This document shows, in pieces, positions 11,001 through 23,000 of a stretch of DNA of 64,000 bases. Position 1 is the stretch's first letter, and each line of letters starts with the position of its first letter. The translations under genes and the position numbers were made by a program. This DNA comes from Macrostomum lignano. Its lineage: Eukaryota. The notes under the pieces are model-generated. The model was not told the DNA's origin. It worked only from the letters and a program-made list of their open reading frames with translations, and searched no databases. The stretch is from the NCBI GenBank assembly GCA_002269645.1, contig NIVC01000276.1, positions 124,001-188,000 on the forward strand, in the 5' to 3' direction.

Positions 11001-14000
11001 GATGAGGCTACAGCCTGATAGATGAGGCTACAGCCTGATAGATGAGGCTACAGCTTGATGGATGAGGCTACAGCTTAATAGATGAGGCTACAGCCTGATA
11101 GATGAAGCTACAGCCTGATAGATGAGGCTACAGCCTGATAGATGAGGCTACAGCTTGATGGATGAAGCTACAGCCTGATAGATGAGGCTACAGCCTGATA
11201 GATGAGGCTACAGCTTGATGGATGAGGCTACAGCTTGATAGATGAGGCTACAGCCTGATAGATGAAGCTACAGCCTGATAGATGAGGCTACAGCTTGATA
11301 GATGAGGCTACAGCTTGATAGATGAGGCTACAGCCTGATAGATGAGGCTACAGTTTGATGGATGAGGCTACAGCTTGATGGATGAGGCTAAAGCCTGATA
11401 GATGAGGCTACAGCTTGATAGATGAGGCTACAGCCTGATAGATGAGGCTACAGCCTGATAGATGAGGCTACGAGTACAGCTTGATAGATGAGGCTACAGC
11501 TTGATGGATAAGGCTACAGCTTGATGGATGAGGCTACAGCTTGATGGATGAGGCTACAGCCTGATAGATGAGGCTACAGCCTGATAGATGAGGCTACAGC
11601 TTGATGGATGAGGCTACAGCTTAATAGATGAGGCTACAGCCTGATAGATGAAGCTACAGCCTGATAGATGAGGCTACAGCCTGATAGATGAGGCTACAGC
11701 TTGATGGATGAAGCTACAGCCTGATAGATGAGGCTACAGCCTGATAGATGAGGCTACAGCTTGATGGATGAGGCTACAGCTTGATAGATGAGGCTACAGC
11801 CTGATAGATGAAGCTACAGCCTGATAGATGAGGCTACAGCCTGATAGATGAGGCTACAGCTTGATGGATGAGGCTAAAGCCTGATAGATGAGGCTACAGC
11901 TTGATGGATGAAGCTACAGCTTGATAGATGAGGCTACAGTTTGATAGATGAGGCTACAGTTTGATAGATGAGGCTACAGCTTGATGGATGAGGCTAAAGC
12001 CTGATAGATGAGGCTACAGCTTGATGGATGAAGCTACAGCTTGATAGATGAGGCTACAGTTTGATAGATGAGGCTACAGTTTGATAGATGAGGCTACAGC
12101 TTGATGGATGAAGCTACAGCTTGATGTATGAGGCTACAGCCTGATAGATGAGGCTACAGTTTGATAGATGAGGCTACAGCTTGATGGATGAAGCTACAGC
12201 TTGATAGATGAGGCTACAGTTTGATAGATGAGGCTACAGCTTGATGGATGAGGCTACAGCCTGATAGATGAGGCTACAGCCTGATAGATGAGGCTACGAG
12301 TACAGCTTGATAGATGAGGCTACGAGTACAGCTTGATAGATGAGGCTACAGCCTGATAGATGAGGCTACAGCTTGATAGATGAGGCTACAGCTTGATAGA
12401 TGAGGCTACAGCTTGATAGATGAGGCTACAGCTTGATAGATGAGGCTACAGTTTGATAGATGAGGCTACAGCTTGATGAATGAGGCTGCAGTCTGATAGA
12501 TGAGGCTACAACTGTCTACCCAAACTCAGGCCCTGCCGCTGGCCTGCGAGTCGAAAACCTGCCGCAGCGGGGGGCCCGGCAGCCGGGTGCACTCCACCTG
12601 TTTCAGCGCCGAGTGCGCCCACCTCAGCGGCGGCCGCCCTATCCGCCTCTGCGAAGAGTGCCACGGGCACCGGCACAGCCACGCTGGCAGGCAGCACGTG
12701 ACCCAGACTCCGCTGCCGGACATTTGGGACTGTCCAGTTGAACTGCAGCAGTACATGCTGGAGAGCATTGTCAGCCTCATACTGGAGGCCCAGGTGCCCA
12801 AGGTTAAGACCTACAGCAAGGAGAAGGGAGATGAGGATAATTGGTACTGTCTACCTGAGGACGCCTACCCTGACAACCTGAGCGACAAGGACAGGAAGAT
12901 TCTCTCCATCTATGGTGTCATTCTCATTGTTGAGAAGTGCAAACCCAGAGAGACAGTCAGTATTGTGAGTGTCTCACGGTGTCTGTGTATCTATCTCACA
13001 GTGTCTGTGCATCTATCTCACAGTGTCTGTGTATCTATCTCACAGTGTCTGTGCATCTATCTCACAGTGTCTGTGCATCCATCTCACAGTGTCTGTGCAT
13101 CTATCTCACAGTGTCTGTGCATCTATCTCACAGTGTCTGTGCATCTATCTCACAGTGTCTGTGCATCTATCTCACAGTGTCTGTACATCTATCTCACAGT
13201 GTCTGTACATCTATCTCACAGTGTCTGTCTGTGCATCTATCACAGAGTGTCTGTGTATCTATCTCACAGTGTCTGTGCATCTATCTCACAGTGTCTGTAC
13301 ATCTATCTCACGGTGTCTGTACATCTATCTCACAGTGTCTGTGCATCTATCACAGAGTGTCTGTGTATCTATCTCACAGTGTCTGTCTGTGCATCTATCA
13401 CAGAGTGTCTGTGTATCTATCTCACAGTGTCTGTCTGTGCATCTATCACAGAGTGTCTGTGTATCTATCTCACAGTGTCTGTCTGTGCATCTATCACAGA
13501 GTGTCTGTGTATCTATCTCACAGTGTTTGCAATCTCACCTATTCTGCAGGAGATCCTGGGCCGCATCCTGGCCGCTCTGTTCCTGTGGTTCGACAACACC
13601 AAACTAGCGGAGGACTCCAAAGGTGAGGTCACCGTTTCCTAGTAGGGTCAATCCCCGCCTGAGTAAGACTCAGAAGGCAGGGTGCGCTGTTCTTATGAAT
13701 CCTAGTTTTCCCAATACGTTTTATCAACTGTGGCTGAAAGTGCGAATTGAATCGAGAATTTGCACTGCGCACAGCTGAATATATAACGGATTTGATTTTC
13801 AGAGCGCCAGGAGTGCTCTGTTTTATTGGGAACAGAATCATTTAATATGTTTTTTAATTGTAAAGAACTACCCAACTTTTTGTTTTAACATTCGTCCTCC
13901 TTATCCCGTGAAGCGGCCACAGATCGAAGAAAGTACTTATGTACTTTTATATCAACCTTTTGCGCTTGATTTCATTTAATTTAAGTGTGTTAAACTATCA

Positions 14001-17000
14001 TCTGTGTCTTTTCCTCCATCGCTTTTCTTAATTGAAATTTCTTACCTGCCTATCAGAACCCCTGCCCCAATCAGAACCCCTGCCCCAATCAGAACCCCTG
14101 CCCCAATCAGAACCCCTGCCCCAATCAGAACCCCTGCCCCAATCAGAACCCCTGCCCCAATCAGAACCCCTGCCCAATCAGAACCCCTGCCCCATTCAGA
14201 ACCCCTGCCCCAATCAGAACCCCTGCCCCAATCAGAACCCCTGCCCCAATCAGAACCCCTGCCCCAATCAGAACCCCTGCCCCAATCAGAACCCCTGCCC
14301 CAATCAGAACCCCTGCCCCTATCAGAACCCCTGCCCCAATCAGAACCCCTGCCCCAATCAGAACCCCTGCCCCAATCAGAACCCCTGCCCCAATCAGCAC
14401 TCCTGCCCCAATCAGAACCCCTGCCCCAATCAGCACTCCTGCCCCAATCAGAACCCCTGCCCCAATCAGAACCTCTGCTCCAATCAGAACCCCTGCTCCA
14501 ATCAGAACCCCTGCTCCAATCAGAACCCCTGCTCCAATCAGAACCCCTGCCCCAATCAGAACCCCTTCCCCAATCAGAACCCCTTCCCCAATCAGAACCC
14601 CTGCTCCAATCAGAACCCCTGCCCCAATCAGAACCCCTGCCCCAATCAGAACCCCTGCCCCAATCAAAACCCGCTTGCATCAATCAATTCAACTTTGTGT
14701 TTCTTATTAATATCAGGAAATGAAGTAGGTCTAATAAACAGCTGCTCGAAATGAAAAAAGTGCATTACGAGCTACTTAAGGCAGATTTTGTTATGAATGT
14801 TTCGTTGTACCGCATACTTTAAGTTCTTCGCTGATTAGTACTAATGCAGCTTCCCATGGTATTCAGCCAGTGATTAAAGTTTATTTTGTTTGTAGATTAA
14901 ACCCTGTGATGATCAAGTCAAGATCCATTTGGGATTTTTGGTTTCGTTTTTCCTCTAAACATAGCATTCACCCCTGCATATGTACAGTAATTATCCTTCA
15001 ATTATTCATATTTAGCATATAGTAAGTAAAAAATAGTTTTAACGAATACTTCATTGAAAAAATTTTCGTCCCTGAAAATGGGTAGCTTTTTCCAACACTG
15101 CTTATGAATTAGAATTAGTAGGAGTTCCTTGTGCTACCCAAAGCCAAAGTGTTATACTAAGCAATTGTAGCACTGGTTGATCAAGAATTACACATAAAAA
15201 TAAACCTTTTATATCACTGTAACCTACGTATGTATTGCAATCCTAGATAAAATCTTTTGCTTGACTTTGTAGTAATAGTTATATTGCTTTGATACACGAT
15301 TTGTGAATTACTTACAAAGCGTCACGTGATGTTCAACAGAAACTATCGGACTTATCTGTCGATATAGTGATTTTGGTAACCTTTTTCATTCCTTTCTCTT
15401 CTTATCTTGTGGTAACACCATGGCAAATCAGCGCTGTACATTGTGTCCTCGCGGCCCCACCCCTCATATTTCATTTCTCTCTTATCTACGGTCACACCCA
15501 ATGCCCTGGCAAATCAGGGTGTACATTGTGTCCTCGCGGCCCCACCCCTCTTATTTCATTTCTCTCTTATCTACGGTCACACCCAATGCCCTGGCAAATC
15601 AGGGTGTACATTGTGTCCTCGCGGCCCCACCCCTCTTATTTCATTTCTCTCTTATCTACGGTCACACCCAATGCCCTGGCAAATCAGGGTGTACATTGTG
15701 TCCTCGCGGCCCCACCCCTCATATTTCATTTCTCTCTTATCTACGGTCACACCCAATGCCCTGGCAAATCAGCGGTGTACATTGTGTCCTCGCGGCCCCA
15801 CCCCTCTTATTTCATTTCTCTCTTATCTACGGTCACACCCAATGCCCTGGCAAATCAGCAGTGTGCATTGTATTTCTTGTGGTTGTGTCCCTTCTTTGGT
15901 TATCGAATTATTAATTCGTGAACATCGCTGTGCGTTTTGCATAAATTCAGTTTTATATCTCATATAGGGCTCACTAGTTTTTATGTACAAGAATTGTTCG
16001 TTATGTAGGAGGCTGAATTGCCAATGCTATTTTTGGCCTGAGTGGCAATGCTTTAAAATAAATTAATTAGTAACAATGCGCGAATTAAATCCCAATAATT
16101 ATTCGCTTCATATTGGTCTAAAGTAGCTAATTTCTGCTAATTTCCTCAACGCCCTCGCTTCCAGTGACCGGCAATACAAAATCTGCCTTATCGTTGCAAG
16201 AAAAATGTAATTTAAACCCGCAAAGCGTGTTATGCAAATCGCATAGCCATTTTGTTTATACTCATATTTATTATGCCGATTCGCCAATATTGTTTTAAAA
16301 AATCCGTTACGTTATTTATTTTTCACGTCTCTGCAATCATATTAATTATAATAAATTGTGTTTTGCCTATTAAATTTTGTCCACTCATTTTGGCCAACTG
16401 GTATATTGGATATATATTTAATATACGATATTTGTGTGTAATCCACAGTCAGACAAGTGTATGTGCTTTTTTTAATCAAATGCCTAGTAATATCCATACG
16501 TGTCCAATCGCCACTGCTTTAGTCACTAAAATAGTACTGTCAATACAAACAAGATAACCGCTTCTGTAACTGGTGCTGTTTGTACTGTAGGCTTCTGTTT
16601 CTATCTAGCTCTCTCTATCTCTCCCTCTTTCTCTCTCTCTGCCTCTCGTTAAATACCCAGTCTTTCTCTATTTATACCTCTATTTATTGAGAATTTTCTG
16701 TAAACTTCCACATCCAATGAACAAAAACCCACGAAAAAAACTATGCACACAATGTACACACACACTTATAGTCCGAATCCCACCCCGGTGTATGCTTGAA
16801 CACAACTCCACCCACCCCAATGTACACCCAAACATTACTCACCCCAATGTACACTCAAACATTACTTACCCCAATGTACACCCAAACACTACTTACCCCA
16901 ATGTACACTCAAACATAGCCCCACCCCAATGTGCATACAAACAGCCCCACCCTATTGTGCACATTAAACCCACCTCAATGTACGCCCAAACAAACCCTAC

Positions 17001-20000
17001 TATAATTTTCACAACCCTTAAAAGACCCATAGAAATTGCCAATTCCCCGGCAAATCAATCCATATTAGAAGTACGCATTGCTCCTTTTCAATTTTTCTTA
17101 CCTATCTCTCTAAGATTAGCTAGATTTTGCATAATCATCAAATTATAATTCGTGCTTTGCTTCTGGCTCTTTTTGTGTGATGAATTACCACTTGCGTACT
17201 AGATAGGTATATCAAAGGTCAGAAAATTAGTTTAATGATAATTAGTTCTACTTACTAAATGAAACAAAGCATGCCAAGTTTAATAGGTTCACAGCTACTA
17301 ATAAAACTTTCCTTGTGAAGCCAATAACCGGTCTGGCAATCAATTTTAATCAGTCCGAATAACTTTTCAAACTTAAATGCTAACAACCTGATCTAAATTT
17401 ATTAGATATTTTAATAAAACTTTGATAAGTTATTTACTATAGCTCTAACTATTTTACTATAAATGGCTATACCAGCAACAACTGTCTATACACGAAGCTT
17501 AAGCTCTCCACGGCACCGCGTTATGAACCTACTCAGCACAGCTTTTTCAACCATCTCCCACTCGGACTTCAGTTTTTCCCCATGCATTTTTTTCAGGAAT
17601 TTGTCCGAATGACATGCTCTTGTGTGTGGAAGCTTATTGTAGAGTTTGTGCAGCAATTTAACAAACACCCATCAGTAGGCCTGTGCCAAACAAACAGGAG
17701 CATGCTTTATCAATGACTATTTTTCTGCCGGCATTGTCAGCAGTTCTCGTGGCTAATTTCAGAACAAACCACTAACCAAATAGCGATTTCGATCTTTTGT
17801 ACAATCGGTCGTATTTATAACTGCGTTATCGTGAAGACATTTTTTCGCATGCTAAATTCTTTTGTGTCGATCATCGTCTCTGGGCCATAATAAATTTTAT
17901 TACCTGTGCCATTCATGCAACGCTGGCTACTTTGTGTCACTCGTGTCCCGGGGTCGAATACGCCTAATTATTGTGATTAGCCACTATATTACTGCTGTGT
18001 TAGTTAAACTTGTATGTATACATGACTGTCTAATTTTTCACTTGTTTCACTTGTGAGCTAATGTGAGTAACTCGTCTTAACCTGAACAGAACGGCCACTC
18101 GTTATGCAAACCCTTTAGTAAAATTGGTGAAATATCCCACGAATTATTTATGAAAATCGCTTTTAAGTGTAATCTCTCGCCTGATGGAAGCTAAAACCAT
18201 ATAAAAATCTCTTACGCAAAGTCACAGTTTGTTTTGATTGACAAACCAAAAAATACCGGTTAATGATTGCACACAATCGTAAGAAGCATAAAATATTCTC
18301 TCGCTAACGTCTGAGCGGTGAGACGTGAGCGTGAGCGGTTGAAATGAGAGGGCTAAAATCGATTTTATCGCTTATCGGCTCCTCAAACCCCCAGTGAAGC
18401 CCTCTTCCTAATAATTAAATGATCGGTGTCAGTGCTAGTGGCCTGGGTGAAAGTTATCGATTTTTCTGGTTTCCTATCTCTGCTTACTAGCGCATTGGAA
18501 TCGAATTTTATCGATTTTCTGCCCTCAACCCCACCCCTCTCCCTCAATCCTTTCTCTAGTAGCCCAAGTCTTTAGTCTATTAGCGCATTGGCTCTCCTGT
18601 TCATAGCGTGTGTGGTGGGTGAAGTTTATCGATTTTCTGCCCTTGACCCTACCCGCCCCACTGAATCCTATCTCTTTTAGGCCCAAACTCTTACTAGCAT
18701 GGTGTACGAGCGTAAAGCTTGTGAGGCAGGCTGTGTTATTGATTTTCTCAACGCCCCAACCTCCCAGTTCTTTCCTACTGGTGTACATGATAATAACTCC
18801 ACTGAAGTCGAAACTCTGCCCCTTATGTGCATTAGCTTTTCTTCTATGCTCTGACCCAGCCTTTCACATGGAATCATGGATGTCAGAGTTTTGCAAGAAG
18901 AAAATATATTGTGCGATCGATCGGTGATGGCATTGCGACTTGCAATTGTGTGCAACATATTGTTTTTAACTGTTTATTACGAACTTTAACCAATGTGGAA
19001 ATAATTTTACAGTTTTAGCTTCCTTCCTGTCAAAAATGTTGTCAGTATTGATTCCATTCCGAACGCACCGCTATCGATCATAATTGCGTTTCCCCCCCGC
19101 ACACAAGTTTTGCACACTCTATCCCCGCCGACATTCTCCCTCCGCACATTTCGCAGGCGTAGTGCCAATTATTTCTGGCGCGTCTTTAGACTTCGACCCG
19201 CCACCCCAGCCTTCTCCGAAGAAGGCAACTGGTAAGCGCCAGAGAGCAGAGATGAAGCAGCACAAGTTGAAGACGCGCTTTTGGAAATTGCTGCCTGTTT
19301 CTCTTTTAAAGCAAAAAATGTCATCATGTTGGCTCTCAGACTGAAACTGCTCCCAAATGAACCAACTTTGCCGCCAATTGTTTGTTGCTGTGTGCCGCCG
19401 CCATTTTCTTAACAGCTTTGTGACCTTCTTTCTTGCTGCATTTTTCTCACTACTGTATGGCTGCGCCTGCTGGCACTAAACAACGCTTTCATTCCAGCCT
19501 TTGCATTTGTGTGTTTGCAGTTCGAATAAAATCCAGGGCTTCCAGGCTGCTGTTCTATGTTTAGGAATTGTTCTCTACTGACTGAAGTTATTCTCTTCCT
19601 GTGTCATATCTACGTCTTTTTCTCAAGTCTTCATCTTTATATCTCAGTTTCCCGGTCTCTTGTTTCTCACTGAGTCACTTCTTGCCGTTTTATCCTTCTC
19701 AAGTTCTTTTTTAGCTTTGTAGCTTCCGCACTCTCGCGGTCATAGTTTTAATCAAAATTCACAATTGGTTTCTATTTCATTAACTTAGAGACTATTTGTA
19801 AATAAAAACCTCACCTTCACCTCACTTTTTAACGCTTGACTTGTTCGACTTTGGTGCTTTCCACAGAGGACGGTCGGGGTAGATTTTTTGTCAGCTTTCA
19901 GTCGCTCAACGATGCTCACAAAGTCACAAAGTGCTCGGTTAGTTGGGTCTCCGTTCGCCTGATTGATACTCGTGTTTTATAAAAGCCCAATCTAAGTCAA

Positions 20001-23000
20001 TTAATAGAACTTGTTTTAACTTGTGTGCCAACCTGCTTGAAATGTTAACTTTATTGCTGATAATGATGTTGATAGGTTAATGAAAGCGCTTGAACATGCA
20101 TCTTGTCTCGGGTTTGATCAGCTTGCATACCTATTTGACTGACAATTGCACGCAGGGTTTCGAGATTATAACTTCTTTTTGGAAACGCAATCTTTGATCT
20201 CGTATGAGCGTGCAGTGTATAAAATCGCATGTTCGGTTGGTATTTGAATATTCTGATTATAATCAAATGTCTGTATTCAATGGCGCATGGCTTTTTACTA
20301 CAGGAGACCGGAATGCGCATGCAGGAGGCGCAGGAAGGGTCAAAGTTTGCGAAGAATACTCGTGATTAAGTGAAAAATTAGATGGCAGTCTATATCAGGC
20401 TGGATGGCATAGTCCATGTCAAGCTGGATGCATAGTCCATGTCAAGCTGGATGCATAGTCCATGTCAAGCTGGATGCATAGTCCATGTCAAGCTGGATGC
20501 ATAGTCCATGTCAGGCTGGATGGCATAGTCCATATCAAGCTGAATGGCATAGTCTATGTCAGGCTGGATGGCATAGTCCATGTCAGGCTGGGTGGCATAG
20601 TCCATGTCAGGCTGGATGGCATAGTCTATGTCAGGCTGGATGGCATAGTCCATATCAGGCTGGATGGCATAGTCTATGTCAGGCTGGATGGCATAGTCTA
20701 TGTCAGGCTGGGTGGCATAGTCCATGTCAAGCTGGATGCATAGTCCATGTCAAGCTGGATGCATAGTCCATGTCAGGCTGGATGGCATAGTCCATGTCAG
20801 GCTGGGTGGCATAGTCCATGTCAGGCTGGATGGCATACCGGTAGTCTATGGTCTAAACGAATTGGAATTACAGCTAAAAATGGGCTAAATCAAAGGCAGA
20901 ATGCTGTACAAAGTAGAGATATTGCTTGGTCATTTATAACATTTAGCCCAGCAAACACGGTTTAACCTCCTTGCCCCCTCCTGTTCTGCTCGTTTGTTTT
21001 TTCTGTTCCAGTGCACAGCCTGCTTCGGGGCAGCTGGATGCGCGAAGGCATTGTTAAAGTTTGCTTTGCCGGCGTGTCGACATCCGGCACAAGTTTGTTC
21101 CCTATATTTTCTGATTTGCCTTTCCGTCCCATTTCCCCTCTAATCGAAGAAAGTTCGCCTTTCTGTTACGTTGAGTTTTGTTCAGCGTGCCTTATTTTGT
21201 GTGCTTTTATAGTTTTCAAAATTTCACAGCTTTCTGGAATTATTCTTCTGAGCACTATGCTTCTTTGTGTCTCTGCAGCCACGCTCTTTTTCTCTTCCGA
21301 CTCATCTGTACAATCTTTTCTGGCTTATCTGGAGCCACCTATCTTTTTTCCTACATTTGTCACTCACCTGATGTGCAAATCGCACCGTTTTACTAGACCC
21401 ATTTGAAGTGGAGAATTGCTTTTGTAAAAGTTTAACAAGTCACAACAGTTGTTTTTAATAATGGGCAGTAGAGCAAAGCTTAACTGTCAGTCACATCTGA
21501 CTTGTTATTTCAATTGTGCTGTCAAGTAGTTGCGTATTATCGCGTTTATAGTTACAAAAATTGTAAACTTCACACAGATTTTAAGACACACACTTTGTTA
21601 AATCATACATACAGAATCTAAAGCAGATTTACAGACTGCAGGACAGAGTCACTCAGATTGCAGAGCAGAGTCACTCAGATTGCAGAGCAGAGTCACTCAG
21701 ATTGCAGAGCAGAGTCACTCAGATTGTAGAGCAGAGTCACTCAGATTGCAGAGCAGAGTCACTCAGATTGCAGAGCAGAGTCACTCAGATTGCAGAGCTA
21801 AGTCACTCAGATTGCAGAGCTAAGTCACTCAGATTGTAGAGCAGAGTCACTCAGATTGCAGAGCAGAGTCACTCAGATTGCAGAGCTAAGTCACTCAGAT
21901 TGCAGAGCAGATTGTAAGCTTTCTTAACCTGTGGTCGCGCATCGGCAGCAGAGGCAAGTTCCCCTGATCCGCTTTGTACAAACCTTGCAGCAAGAATTGA
22001 CAAGCGCCAATAAGCCAATAATATAGTTGCTGTGCACCAAGAAATGGGCCGCGCCGTTGCCAATTAACTACAAGAGTCGCCTAAATGTGTTTGCTTTGTA
22101 CTAGTGAATTAAAAAATCATATTATGCAACTAATACGTTTGTTTTTTGTACTCTGTATGCGATATTTTTGTATACGGTTTACACCAGAGCAACTACTGAC
22201 ATTGCTGAGGTAGAAAAATCAGTTTTTTAAATTTGAATACCGATATTATTTGACGCAAAGTTGCAACCGTATGACTGCGAGATGCTGCCGGCTGAGAGTT
22301 TGTTTAATCCCGATCCGTGTTCTTTCCCACTGGCTTCACATGCAAGCAAATAACCCCAATTGCTTTTTAATCAGCATATCGCGAAGCTGCATACACACCG
22401 CTTACTGGCATCATCAGGCTATTGTGCGCGTTCAGACTATTTTGTCAGCTTCTGGCCTTACGTTAATAATCATTGTATCATACATGTAAGCTAAAATATT
22501 TTTGCAGCAACAGATCTCTAGTTACCAACTTGTTCGCAGTTTTCATAGACCAGTTCAAGCCGAGCTTTGCTACTTAATTGTGCGCAACATTGCCACAGAA
22601 CTGTGCTTCAGCAATTTCTTACAAGTTTACCGAGCTGCGACATCAGTGCGCCCTAACACTCTTATCCTTTTTAAACGTTTTTCAGACCGGCTGCAGGACA
22701 CGCTTGAGAGCATCAAGAGCGAGGTGGGTCTTCATTTGACCGTCCTTGCGTGTCGCAGTGACTTCCTAGGGTGTCATAGTGACTTCCTAGGGTGCCACAG
22801 TGACTTCCTAGGGTGTCATAGTGACTTCCTATAGAATCAGTGACTTCCTAGGGTATCAGTACTTTCCTGGGGTATCAGTGCCCTTCCTAGAGAATCAGTG
22901 CCTTCCTGGGGTATCAGTAATTTCCTGGGTTATCAGTGCCTTCCTAGAGAATCAGTGCCTTCCTAGAGAATCAGTGCCTTCCTAGAGAATCAGTGCCTTC

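Noticed and set aside
10705-12510. Hammerhead ribozyme core in ctgatagatga units
   Set aside because: Does not match CUGANGA and has no GAAA/stem partners.
14004-14754. PQSEPL/PNQNPC repeat ORFs resembling mucins or collagen-like proteins
   Set aside because: 18-nt intronic satellite open in all frames, with no splice or codon-usage support; the same holds for the repeat ORFs at 20.4, 23.0, 24.0, 25.0, 27.5, 42.2, 45.4, 47.2 and 51.6 kb.
15420-15860. CRISPR-like regular long repeats (also 38080-38705 and 63720-64000)
   Set aside because: Head-to-tail units without unique spacers, eukaryotic intronic context, no cas genes.
17486-17668. Possible transposase remnant ORF on the - strand
   Set aside because: Only 60 codons, no catalytic motif, no TIR or TSD found.
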